Part shown: positions 23,263-32,000 of the stretch, piece by piece
Layout of the letters: each line of letters begins with the position of its first letter
Numbering within the stretch: position 1 is the first letter of the stretch
Assembly (NCBI GenBank): GCA_902789425.1
Contig: CADANX010000012.1
Span: 1 to 32,000, forward strand
DNA from: an uncultured Erysipelotrichaceae bacterium
GTDB taxonomy: Bacteria > Bacillota_I > Bacilli_A > RF39 > UBA660
Direction: 5' to 3'
DNA length: 32,000 nucleotides
Position numbers and translations under genes: made by a program
Notes under the pieces: generated by a model
The model's input: the letters and a program-made list of their open reading frames with translations, nothing else
Told to the model about the DNA's origin: nothing
Databases searched by the model: none

Positions 23263-24732
23263 ATGAAAAAAATTAGTGAAATAGCAAATAAACTAAATGT
23301 AGAAATAGATAATTATGGTAATTATATTGCTAAAATCACATCTATTAATTCTAATAAAAATGGTAAATTAATACTTGTTACATCTACTAACCCAACTCCT
23401 TATGGTGAAGGCAAAACAACTTTATCTATTGGATTATGTGATTCACTAAATAAACTTAATAAAAATGCTATTGCAGTTTTAAGAGAACCATCTATGGGAC
23501 CTGTATTTGGTAAAAAAGGTGGAGCAGTTGGTGGTGGTAAATCAGTAATTGTCCCAGAAGAAAAAATAAATTTACATTTTACGGGTGATATGCATGCTAT
23601 AACATCTGCTAATAATTTATTATGTGCAATTATTTATAATCATATTTATCAAGGTAATAGTTTAAATATTGATAAAGTAGTTTTTAAAAGGTGTTTAGAT
23701 GTTAATGATAGATCTTTAAGAGATTCTTTTGTAATTACACCTGCAAGTGAAATAATGGCAATTTTTTGTTTGTCTAAAGATTTAAATGATTTAAAAGAAA
23801 GACTTGGAAATATTATTGTTGGTTATACAAAGGAAGGTAATGAAATATATTCTAAAGATTTAAACTGCGTAAATGCTTTATTTAATTTATTAAAAGATGC
23901 ATTTAATGTTAATTTAGTTCAAACATTATATTCAAATCCAGTTATTGTTCATGGTGGACCATTTGCAAATATAGCGCATGGATGTTCTAGTATTAATTCT
24001 ATTAAAACTGCACTTAAAATATCTGATTATGTTGTTACAGAAGCAGGTTTTGGAAGTGATATGGGAGCAATCAAATTTTTTGATATAGTATGTAAAAATA
24101 ATGATATTTATCCTGATGCAGTTATTATTAATACAACTGCAAAAGCACTTAAATATAATGGTGATAATTCTCTTGAAAAAGGAATAAGTAATTTAGAATA
24201 CCATATTAATAATATGAAAAAATATTCATCAAATGTAATTGTTTCAATTAATAGATTTAACGGCGATACTGATGAAGAAATTAGATTAATAAAAGATTTT
24301 TCTAATAATTTAGGGGTAAAAGCTTATGAAAGTACTAATTATATTGATGGTGAAGATGGATGTATTTCCTTAGCAAATGAAATTATTAATTTAAATGGCA
24401 ATTCCAATCATTATAAAGTTTATGAAAAAGAAGATAAACTTATAGATAAGATTAATAAAATGGCAAAAGAATTTGGTGCGGTCAATGTATTTTTTTCTGA
24501 GAAAGCAAAATTAATGCTTAATAAATACAATGATTCAAAACTTGATATATGTGTATCTAAAACACCTATGTCACTTACTGATGATTCTAAAGTTTTAGGA
24601 TATCCCAAAAATTTTACTATAACAGTAACAGATATTAATGTATTTAATGGTGCAGGATTTATAACAATATATCTTGGCAATGTTATTACAATGCCAGGTT
24701 TATCTGCGGATTCAAATTATTTAAAAATGTAA
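23263..24732 (+). CDS. fhs: Formate--tetrahydrofolate ligase (compact 489-aa form)
   Basis: TNPTPYGEGKTTLSIGL, LREPSMGPVFGKKGGAVGGG, INLHFTGDMHAIT, HGGPFANIAHGC, TEAGFGSDMGA, ITMPGL. Confidence 0.88.
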   Translation: MKKISEIANKLNVEIDNYGNYIAKITSINSNKNGKLILVTSTNPTPYGEGKTTLSIGLCDSLNKLNKNAIAVLREPSMGPVFGKKGGAVGGGKSVIVPEEKINLHFTGDMHAITSANNLLCAIIYNHIYQGNSLNIDKVVFKRCLDVNDRSLRDSFVITPASEIMAIFCLSKDLNDLKERLGNIIVGYTKEGNEIYSKDLNCVNALFNLLKDAFNVNLVQTLYSNPVIVHGGPFANIAHGCSSINSIKTALKISDYVVTEAGFGSDMGAIKFFDIVCKNNDIYPDAVIINTTAKALKYNGDNSLEKGISNLEYHINNMKKYSSNVIVSINRFNGDTDEEIRLIKDFSNNLGVKAYESTNYIDGEDGCISLANEIINLNGNSNHYKVYEKEDKLIDKINKMAKEFGAVNVFFSEKAKLMLNKYNDSKLDICVSKTPMSLTDDSKVLGYPKNFTITVTDINVFNGAGFITIYLGNVITMPGLSADSNYLKM

Positions 24733-24760
24733 AACTGATTATTAAAAAATCAGTTTTTTT
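24732..24760 (+). terminator. Intrinsic terminator after fhs
   Basis: aaactgatt / aatcagttt stem plus a T-run. Confidence 0.7.
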
Positions 24761-24761
24761 A

Positions 24762-24770
24762 TGTTATAAT
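24762..24770 (+). promoter_or_regulatory. Extended -10 element TGtTATAAT upstream of miaB
   Basis: Same tttttttatgttataat module as at 22105. Confidence 0.45.
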
Positions 24771-24793
24771 AACTATGTTTGTGAGGTATACTT

Positions 24794-26230
24794 ATGGAAA
24801 TAAAAAATGAACCATCATACGTTGATGCTAGAAAAAGATCTAGAGAAAAAATTAAAATTATATCAGATGCATATATAATGGATAACGAAATTAGTAAAAT
24901 AGGAGTAGGTAAAAAATATCATATTATTACTTATGGTTGTCAAGCTAATGTTCGTGATAGCGAAACTTATGCAGCTATTTTAGAAGATATGAGTTATACA
25001 AAAACTGATAATATGGATGATGCTGATCTTATTTTATTAAATACATGTTCTATTAGAGAAAATGCTCATAATAAAGTGTTTGGTATGCTTGGTAGAATTA
25101 AACATTTGAAAGAAACAACTAAACCTGATTTAATTACAGTTGTTGGTGGATGTATGTGCCAAGAAGAAGCAGTTGTTAAAGAATTTGAAAAGAAATATAA
25201 ATGGATTGATGTTGTATTTGGTACTCATAATATTCAAAATTTAGCTAAATTAATAAGTGAATCAATTGATAAGAATGAACTTATAATTGAAGTATTTTCT
25301 AAAGAAGGCGATGTAATTGAAAATTTGCCTGTTAGAAGAGAAAATAAATATAAAGCTTTTATTAATATTATGTATGGTTGTGATAAATTCTGTACTTACT
25401 GTATTGTTCCATATACAAGAGGTAAACAAAGAAGTCGTAGAATGGGTGATATTTTAAGTGAAGTTAAAGAATGTATTAAAGAAGGTTATAAAGAAGTTAC
25501 TTTACTTGGACAAAACGTTAATGCATATGGAAAAGATTTAGATAGTAATCTTTCGTTTGCTGTTTTACTAGAAGAAGTAGCTAAAACAAATATTCCTAGA
25601 ATAAGATTTATGACATCTCATCCTTGGGATTTTACAGATGAAATGATAGATGTTATATCTAAATATGATAATATAATGCCATATATTCATTTGCCTGTTC
25701 AATCTGGTAATGATAGAATACTTAAATTAATGGGAAGACGTTATACAAAAGAAGAATATTTAAAATTATTTGATAAAATCAAAAGTAAAATAAAGAATGC
25801 TGCTATAACAACAGATATAATAGTTGGATATCCATCTGAAACAGAAGAAGAATTTAATGATACTTTAGATGTCGTTAATTATTGTAAATATGATGGTGCT
25901 TTTACTTTTATCTTTTCACCGAGAGAAAATACACCAGCATCTAGAATGGAAGATGATGTTACATTAGAAGAAAAAAGAGATAGACTTGCAAGATTAAACG
26001 AAGTAGTTAATAAATATTATAAAGAAAATAATGAAAAACTAATTGATAAAGTAGTTCCTGTTTTAATTGAAGGACCATCTGAAAAAGACAAAAATCTTTA
26101 TTCAGGATATACAGATACTATGAAGCTTGTTAATGTTAAATGTGATAAAGAAGATATTGGAAATATCATTAATGTAAGAATAATTGATGCTAAAACATGG
26201 AGTTTAGATGGAGAAAAAGTAGATGAATGA
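24794..26230 (+). CDS. miaB: tRNA-2-methylthio-N6-dimethylallyladenosine synthase (radical SAM methylthiotransferase)
   Basis: N-terminal UPF0004 TYGCQANVRDSE...NTCSIRE, the radical SAM box GCDKFCTYCIVPYTRG, and a C-terminal TRAM-like domain. Confidence 0.88.
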   Translation: MEIKNEPSYVDARKRSREKIKIISDAYIMDNEISKIGVGKKYHIITYGCQANVRDSETYAAILEDMSYTKTDNMDDADLILLNTCSIRENAHNKVFGMLGRIKHLKETTKPDLITVVGGCMCQEEAVVKEFEKKYKWIDVVFGTHNIQNLAKLISESIDKNELIIEVFSKEGDVIENLPVRRENKYKAFINIMYGCDKFCTYCIVPYTRGKQRSRRMGDILSEVKECIKEGYKEVTLLGQNVNAYGKDLDSNLSFAVLLEEVAKTNIPRIRFMTSHPWDFTDEMIDVISKYDNIMPYIHLPVQSGNDRILKLMGRRYTKEEYLKLFDKIKSKIKNAAITTDIIVGYPSETEEEFNDTLDVVNYCKYDGAFTFIFSPRENTPASRMEDDVTLEEKRDRLARLNEVVNKYYKENNEKLIDKVVPVLIEGPSEKDKNLYSGYTDTMKLVNVKCDKEDIGNIINVRIIDAKTWSLDGEKVDE

Positions 26231-26549
26231 TATTTTAAAAGATGTGGATTATTTAAAAGAATTAATAAAGGATTCAAAAGAATATAAAGAATATAAAGAA
26301 ATAGAAAATAAACTTGATGATAATAAAGAAATAAATGAAATAGTAAATAGTATTAAAAGTCTTCAAAAGAGTATTGTTAGTAAAAAGAATAATAATTTTG
26401 ATGATGAGGAAAAATTACAAGAATTATTTGATTTATTAAATAGTTATCCTTTATATAATGAATATATTAAAAAGAGTAAAGAATTAAATATATTACTTAC
26501 TAAAATTCAAAAAAGATTTGAAGAAGAATTCAATGAAATATTAGTGTAA
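26223..26549 (+). CDS. YlbF/YmcA-family protein
   Basis: Small helical protein immediately after miaB, the same synteny as Bacillus ymcB-ymcA. SKEYKEYKE...INEIV...LQ...YPLYNEYIKKSKELNILL fits the Com_YlbF pattern. Confidence 0.6.
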   Translation: MNDILKDVDYLKELIKDSKEYKEYKEIENKLDDNKEINEIVNSIKSLQKSIVSKKNNNFDDEEKLQELFDLLNSYPLYNEYIKKSKELNILLTKIQKRFEEEFNEILV

Positions 26550-26569
26550 AATAAATTAAATATTAGATA

Positions 26570-26598
26570 TTGCTTTTTTATAAGTAATATGTTAAAAT
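26570..26598 (+). promoter_or_regulatory. Promoter TTGCTT - 17 nt - (TGt)TAAAAT upstream of rplS
   Basis: Read directly. A gcaatc...gattgc hairpin lies in the ~80-nt leader. Confidence 0.5.
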
Positions 26599-26678
26599 TA
26601 TAGTTGTTTGAAAAAGGCAATCCGATGTTTGTAATATGATTGCTGGTTATAGTTTTAGAAAGGAAGAGGAAGATGAAA

Positions 26679-27044
26679 ATGAATATTATTGATTTAATCA
26701 ATGAAAAACAAATGAATCCTAATGTTCCAGAATTTAGAGTTGGTGATACTGTAAGAGTAGACTACAAAATTAAAGAAGGAAATAAAGAAAGAATTCAAGC
26801 ATTTGAAGGTATTTGTATAGCAAGAAGAGGATCTAAAGCAGAAGAAACTTTTACTGTTAGAAAAAAATCTTCAGGAATTGGCGTTGAAAGAGTATTTCCA
26901 GTTCATTCACCAAAAATCGAAAAAATCACTGTTGTTAAAACAGGTAAAGTAAGAAGAGCTAAACTTAATTACTTAAGAGATAAAATCGGAACTGTTAGAA
27001 TTAAAGAAAGAGGAAATAAGAAATTTAAAAAAGAGGGGGAATAA
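26679..27044 (+). CDS. rplS: 50S ribosomal protein L19
   Basis: [31 protein letters not shown]....[22 protein letters not shown]...[12 protein letters not shown]. Start chosen at the ATG at 26679, 8 nt after aggaagagga. Confidence 0.9.
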   Translation: MNIIDLINEKQMNPNVPEFRVGDTVRVDYKIKEGNKERIQAFEGICIARRGSKAEETFTVRKKSSGIGVERVFPVHSPKIEKITVVKTGKVRRAKLNYLRDKIGTVRIKERGNKKFKKEGE

Positions 27045-27088
27045 TTTCTCTCTTTTTTATGGTTTAATAAGGATAAAAGGTGATTTAT

Positions 27089-27625
27089 ATGAATGTTATA
27101 TCTAATTTTTTTAAGAGTAATACTGTACGAACTATATTAAGTTATATTTTAATAATAGTGGTTGTAGTTTTAATAAGAATGTTTATTTTTGATCCAGTAA
27201 GAGTAGATGGTACTAGTATGGATACTACATTAAAATCTGGAGAAATAATGATTTTAAATAAAATCTATTATAGAAAAAATGATATTAAAAGATTTGATAT
27301 TATAGTAATAGATGAAGGCGATAGAGATTTAATTAAAAGAGTTATTGGACTTCCTGGTGAAACAATAGCTTATAGAAAAAATAAATTATATATTAATGGT
27401 GAAGAAATCTCTGATCCATATCCAAGCACTAAAACTGATGATTTTAGAATAGAATCAATTGGATTTACAAAAATACCTAATGATAGTTACTTTGTTATGG
27501 GTGATAATAGAGCAGTTTCAGCTGATAGTAGAGTATCTGAAATAGGTGTTATTAAAAAAAGTAAAATAAAAGGTAGAGCTAAACTTGTTATTTGGCCTAT
27601 TAAAAAATTTGGATTTGTAAAATAA
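27089..27625 (+). CDS. lepB: Signal peptidase I
   Basis: VDGTSMDTTL (catalytic Ser), IKRVIGLPGE (catalytic Lys box), GDNRAVSADSR. rplS-lepB synteny. Confidence 0.85.
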   Translation: MNVISNFFKSNTVRTILSYILIIVVVVLIRMFIFDPVRVDGTSMDTTLKSGEIMILNKIYYRKNDIKRFDIIVIDEGDRDLIKRVIGLPGETIAYRKNKLYINGEEISDPYPSTKTDDFRIESIGFTKIPNDSYFVMGDNRAVSADSRVSEIGVIKKSKIKGRAKLVIWPIKKFGFVK

Positions 27626-27702
27626 ATAGATTAACTATTTATTTTTTTTGACTAAAAATATATATTGTGCTAGAATACATCATAATTTAAATGGGGTTTA
27701 TT

Positions 27703-28548
27703 ATGAGTGAATTTGATAGTATTATTAATTATCTTGGTTATGAAAGTAGTAATTTATATAACTTTACTATTTCTTCTTTTAATAGAGAATATAAGAATAA
27801 TAATGTTTATTTAAATAAATATAGTAAAGAAGAATTAAAAGAGATAGTAAAAGAGTTTTATAGATACTTCTTTTCTGTTAATAATGTATATACTATTTCA
27901 AAATCTAATATACATAAAAATGTAGCTGACATTGGAAAAATAGATAATGAAAAAGATTTTTATAAAAAAATAGATTCAATACTTGAAATAAAAAGTCCAT
28001 TTGATATTGATATAAAATATAATGATAGTTATGAATTATGTGGTAATATACATAAACCTATGATTTACAAAGATGAATTTATTTCATCAGATAATAGAAA
28101 AGTATATTTTTCATATATTGATTTAAGTAAAAATATTAATGATTTAACATTATGTTGTTACTCACATGAAATATGTCATACACAACTTGAAAGTAATATA
28201 GGTTATTCAAAAGATTATTTAAATAAAGAAGTAATAACTATGTTTATAGAAAAACTAATGGCTCTTTATTTAAATCCTGATTTACTTAATAAAGTAAGTT
28301 TTATTAGAGAAAAAAGTTCATATAATTATTTTTTAAAATTAAAAGGTAAACTTTGCTATGAAGAAAAAATAAATGCTTTAATGTATATTAAGTCATATAT
28401 TTTATCAAATGAGCTATTTAAAACCTTTTTAAGTGATAAAAGACATGATAAATATATATATGATATTCAAAGTATTTTTAATGGAAAAATAACTGTTGAT
28501 GATTATTTAGATAAATATGGTATAGAGAAAAAAATAGTTTTAAAGTAG
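27703..28548 (+). CDS. Hypothetical protein with an HExxH motif (possible metallopeptidase)
   Basis: CCYSHEICHTQLE contains HEICH. No other family signature recognised. Start at the ATG at 27703. Confidence 0.5.
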   Translation: MSEFDSIINYLGYESSNLYNFTISSFNREYKNNNVYLNKYSKEELKEIVKEFYRYFFSVNNVYTISKSNIHKNVADIGKIDNEKDFYKKIDSILEIKSPFDIDIKYNDSYELCGNIHKPMIYKDEFISSDNRKVYFSYIDLSKNINDLTLCCYSHEICHTQLESNIGYSKDYLNKEVITMFIEKLMALYLNPDLLNKVSFIREKSSYNYFLKLKGKLCYEEKINALMYIKSYILSNELFKTFLSDKRHDKYIYDIQSIFNGKITVDDYLDKYGIEKKIVLK

Positions 28549-28591
28549 TATTAACTATTTTTTTTTGCTATAATTTATTATAGGTGATAGT

Positions 28592-29206
28592 ATGAAAAAA
28601 ATATTAAATGATTTTTTAGATAATAAAATAATTCTAAATAAAAAAGAAAAGATTATTCTTTTTCTATTACTAGTAGTAGTATCAGGTGTATTTGGATGGT
28701 TATATGAATTTATATTTTACTTTTTTAATGATGGCCATTTTTCTTTTCAAGGAGGTAATTTTCTTCCATTTATAAATATTTATGCATATGGTTCATTACT
28801 TATTTTATTTGTTACAAAAAAGATAAAAAAAAGTCCGTTATTAGTGTTTATAACATCTATTATATTAACTGGTATACTTGAATATTTATCAGGTTATTTT
28901 ATATTAAAACTGCTTAATCAAAGATATTGGGATTATAATATTGAAATACTTAATTTTGGTAATCTAGGTGGTTTTGTTTGTTTAAGAAGTGTTTTAATCT
29001 TTGGATTATGTGGTTTATTTTTAATATATTTTGTTATTCCATTTATTATTTATATTATTAAAAATACTAATATAAATAAATTATTTATAATTAGTATAAT
29101 TTTATTTTCAATTTTTATAATTGATGAATTATATAATTTAATTATTCCAAATATATCGTCATTACCGAGTTCAAGTCAAATATATAAAAATATTGGGATA
29201 AAATAA
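28592..29206 (+). CDS. Polytopic membrane protein (DUF1113 / putative ABC-transporter type IV family-like)
   Basis: Multiple TM segments. The N-terminal ...SGVFGWLYEFIFY motif is typical of that family. Confidence 0.55.
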   Translation: MKKILNDFLDNKIILNKKEKIILFLLLVVVSGVFGWLYEFIFYFFNDGHFSFQGGNFLPFINIYAYGSLLILFVTKKIKKSPLLVFITSIILTGILEYLSGYFILKLLNQRYWDYNIEILNFGNLGGFVCLRSVLIFGLCGLFLIYFVIPFIIYIIKNTNINKLFIISIILFSIFIIDELYNLIIPNISSLPSSSQIYKNIGIK

Positions 29207-29228
29207 AAGAGTCTAAGACTCTTTTTTT
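29205..29228. terminator. Shared hairpin between convergent genes
   Basis: aaaagagtc-taa-gactctttt, with an A-run on one side and a T-run on the other. Overlaps the last codons of the minus-strand gene. Confidence 0.5.
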
Positions 29229-30163
29229 ATTAGTGTATTTATATTTATTTTCATAATGTTTTTTATTTTTGGATATGCATAAAAATATGTATCAGAACTA
29301 TTTTCAAATAATATATATAAATCATTATCTTTATAAAATAATTCTTCTGCCATAGGTGGTAGTTTAATACTTTTAATTTTATTGTTCTTATTTAATTTAT
29401 AATAGGGGATCTTTTTATTATTTAATGTATAATAGCTTTTTTTATTTTCGATAACATTATTATAAATACTTAAATCAGATTTAATTAAATTAGTAAATGA
29501 TCTTGTAACAATTATGTTATTATCATCAGTAATCGCAAGTCCTTGAACCATTTTAGGAAGAGAAATAATATATTTTGGTTTATTATAATCTAAGTTTTTA
29601 GTATCAAATGCCATAAGAAGAGGATTATTATCTTTTATTTTATAAAAAGGATTTAAGAAAAAATCTCCAATATATAAAGTGTTATCTTTATAAGTACAAA
29701 GATCACCTCTATTAAGTAATTTTGTTTTCTTTTTACTAACTACATATTTTTTATTAGTATTAATTATTTCTTTTAAATTATATTCATTTACTTCAAAATC
29801 ATTAGTTATCCATAAAGTCTTATTATCAGTTGTTATTCCACCAACATGTTTTTTATTTATAGTATTATCTGTATTTCTTAATTCTACTTCTTTTAATAAT
29901 TTATTATTATCAAAATCTATTATATATACTTTACTTACTAAATGTTTTGAATTATATGAAGAAGAAATTATTACATTATATTTAGATGAATAAGTAAGAC
30001 CTTGCGGAGTGTATTTATCTTTATTTCCATAGATTTTAACAGAATAATCATATTTATTTATCTTATAAGAAATATTAAGCCTAATATAGTCTAGTATTAG
30101 TCCTAAAAACAAAATAAGTATAATTACGCAAATTATTTTAATTAGTTTTTTTATTATCTTCAT
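29213..30163 (-). CDS. Hypothetical membrane-anchored protein (beta-rich ectodomain)
   Basis: Start moved to MKIIKKLIKIICVIILILFLGLIL (ATG at 30163-30161), which has an upstream RBS. No motif recognised. Confidence 0.6.
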   Translation of the reverse strand: MKIIKKLIKIICVIILILFLGLILDYIRLNISYKINKYDYSVKIYGNKDKYTPQGLTYSSKYNVIISSSYNSKHLVSKVYIIDFDNNKLLKEVELRNTDNTINKKHVGGITTDNKTLWITNDFEVNEYNLKEIINTNKKYVVSKKKTKLLNRGDLCTYKDNTLYIGDFFLNPFYKIKDNNPLLMAFDTKNLDYNKPKYIISLPKMVQGLAITDDNNIIVTRSFTNLIKSDLSIYNNVIENKKSYYTLNNKKIPYYKLNKNNKIKSIKLPPMAEELFYKDNDLYILFENSSDTYFYAYPKIKNIMKININTLIKKES

Positions 30164-30258
30164 AATATTACCTCTTATAAAGTAATTATAACACACTACT
30201 TTAATTTGCTAAATATTTAATTATATGGTAGAATACTTTAAATTTTTTGGGGGCAATT

Positions 30259-31044
30259 ATGAATTTAATTAAAAATGTTAAAAAGGTAGAATATACTAAT
30301 ATTAATGATTTTAAGAATAAAGTAAGAAGAACTTCAAGAATGACTATATGTTTAACAGCTTTTGGTGTGTTTTTAATGTCAGGTAGTCAAAAAATAAATA
30401 CAATACATGCTATTGATAATGAAAGAACTTTAGGACATTGTTCTCTTGAAGTTGAAGAAAAAACAGCTTCACTAAAAGATCTTTATATTTTAAAAGCAAA
30501 AGAATTAATTAGTAATTTATCATCAGATGAAAAAAAATATATTAAAGATGAAATTATTGTAGATTATATAAATGAACTTATAAATTATGATAGCAATTTT
30601 ATGTTTGAAAATAATATTTTTGAAGATGAAACAGATGGTTTTATGAAAGAAATAGATATTATAACTTTAGAAGTAATAAATTATCCAAATAAATATGAAG
30701 AAGTATATGATAGTATTTATTCTGATAATATTGAAGAATATTTGGGTGAATATAAATTAACTGGATATTGTCCTTGCGAAAAATGTTGTGGAAGTAATTC
30801 TCATAAAACAGCATCTGGTGCTATACCTAAATCTAATCATACTATAGCTGCTGATAAAAGTATTCCTTTTGGAACTAAACTTTTAATAAATGGAACAATA
30901 TATACTGTTGAAGATGTAGGTAGTGGAGTTAATGGTAAACATATTGATGTATTTTATGATACACATGAAGAAGCTATTAAAAATGGTACTAAATATGCAA
31001 AAGTATATTTATTAAAAGAAGATAATGTAAAAAGAATGAAATAA
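30259..31044 (+). CDS. 3D-domain (RlpA-like double-psi beta-barrel) cell-wall protein
   Basis: C-terminal LTGYCPCEKCCG....TASG......TIAAD..IPFGTKL.I.G..YTVEDVGSGVNGKHIDVFYDTHEEA. N-terminal TM/signal. Start at the ATG at 30259. Confidence 0.75.
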   Translation: MNLIKNVKKVEYTNINDFKNKVRRTSRMTICLTAFGVFLMSGSQKINTIHAIDNERTLGHCSLEVEEKTASLKDLYILKAKELISNLSSDEKKYIKDEIIVDYINELINYDSNFMFENNIFEDETDGFMKEIDIITLEVINYPNKYEEVYDSIYSDNIEEYLGEYKLTGYCPCEKCCGSNSHKTASGAIPKSNHTIAADKSIPFGTKLLINGTIYTVEDVGSGVNGKHIDVFYDTHEEAIKNGTKYAKVYLLKEDNVKRMK

Positions 31045-31070
31045 TGTATTATTTAGTACATTATTTTTTA

Positions 31071-31079
31071 TGTTATAAT
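31071..31079 (+). promoter_or_regulatory. Extended -10 element TGtTATAAT
   Basis: Third copy of the ttttttatgttataat module, 19 nt upstream of the ATG at 31098. Confidence 0.45.
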
Positions 31080-31097
31080 AGAAATAGAGGTGTAATT

Positions 31098-32000
31098 ATG
31101 AATATAAGGAAAGAGTATTTTAAAATTCTTTCACCTGAATTTCCTACTTGGTTAAATGAATATATAAATACAGATAGACTCCAAAAACAAAAAGATGTTA
31201 GTGTTACATGTGGTAAAGTATATTCTAAATTATTTGATTTAAATGATTTTTCATCTTTAGATCATTCAATTGCAGTTGCATTAATAATATGGAATTTTAC
31301 TAAAAATAAAAAACAAACTTTAGCTGGCTTATTTCATGATATATCAACACCATCTTTTAAACATTGTATAGATTTTATGAATAATGATCATTTAAAACAA
31401 GAATCAACTGAGGATTTAACTTATACTTTTATAAAAGAATCAAAAGATATAATGAATCTTTTAAAAAAAGATAATATAAAAATAGATGAAGTATCTGATT
31501 ATAAAAAATATCCAATTGCTGATAATGATATTCCAATGCTTAGTGCAGATAGATTAGAATATACTTTATCAAATTCTTTAATTGTATTTAAAATAAGTAA
31601 TTTAGATGATATAAGAATGATATATAATGATATAGAAATTCAAAAAAATGAAAAAGGTATTATTGAACTTGGTTTTAAAACTAAAAAGATAGCAAGACTA
31701 TTTGTAAAATTATCAAGTGAACTTTCTATTAAATATAGAGATGATGAAACAAGATTTTTCATGCAAGCAATTGCTGATATTCTAAAAATGGCATCGAAAG
31801 ATAATATTGTTTCTAAAGATGATTTATATAAATATGGTGATTTAAATGTTATAGATATAATAAAAAAATCAAAATATAAAGATGATTTAGAGACACTTTT
31901 ATCAATAAAAAAAGTATTAACTTCACATAATAAACCTATAGACAAATATAGTGTTAATCAAAAAGTAAAAGTTAGATATATAGATCCATTATATAATAAT
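31098..32000 (+). CDS. HD-domain hydrolase family protein, 3'-truncated by the window edge (not in the supplied track)
   Basis: ATG at 31098 behind RBS agaggtg. The frame stays open to base 32000 (301 codons). LDHSIAVALI...LAGLFHDISTP gives the H...HD signature. Confidence 0.65.
   Translation, partial: MNIRKEYFKILSPEFPTWLNEYINTDRLQKQKDVSVTCGKVYSKLFDLNDFSSLDHSIAVALIIWNFTKNKKQTLAGLFHDISTPSFKHCIDFMNNDHLKQESTEDLTYTFIKESKDIMNLLKKDNIKIDEVSDYKKYPIADNDIPMLSADRLEYTLSNSLIVFKISNLDDIRMIYNDIEIQKNEKGIIELGFKTKKIARLFVKLSSELSIKYRDDETRFFMQAIADILKMASKDNIVSKDDLYKYGDLNVIDIIKKSKYKDDLETLLSIKKVLTSHNKPIDKYSVNQKVKVRYIDPLYNN

Noticed and set aside
26599-26678. L19 (rplS) leader RNA
   Set aside because: Only a short gcaatc/gattgc hairpin is visible in the leader. 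I cannot match it to the Bacillus L19 leader consensus from memory, so it is not called as a feature.

Overview
Very AT-rich, low-GC Bacillota-type chromosomal segment. GC was judged by eye, not computed. The standard genetic code applies, since TGA is used as a stop. Nearly all genes are on the + strand. I saw no rRNA, tRNA or CRISPR array. The left ~6.3 kb is accessory or mobile DNA. It holds a MobV/Mob_Pre relaxase, then a complete diversity-generating retroelement (DGR). The DGR runs: membrane-anchored target gene with a C-terminal variable repeat (VR 2614..2699), a MutS-domain-I-like accessory gene, avd, a DGR-type reverse transcriptase, and the template repeat (TR 4776..4861). VR and TR differ at 12 positions, and every difference falls on a TR adenine. 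Next to the DGR is an Abi_2 (AbiD/AbiF-type, RNxxxH HEPN) gene. It is preceded by a strong promoter and two tandem RNA modules, each GTGAGCAC + hairpin + U-tract, whose stems co-vary. I read these as a candidate RNA partner or antitoxin. The remaining ~25 kb is mostly housekeeping: GDPD phosphodiesterase, two RluA-family pseudouridine synthases, a class I methyltransferase, a DnaQ-like exonuclease, an MBL hydrolase, spoVS, a Ser T-box leader, fhs, miaB, a ymcA-like gene, rplS and lepB. Interspersed are large surface proteins (a 1263-aa protein with Flg_new-type repeats, and an Ig-like protein with an E-x-K-T-T repeat linker) and two pairs of tandem paralogues of unknown function. The serS gene behind the T-box appears broken by an internal deletion plus frameshift that removes class II motif 2. 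All calls rest on reading the sequence and the ORF translations; no database search was possible.
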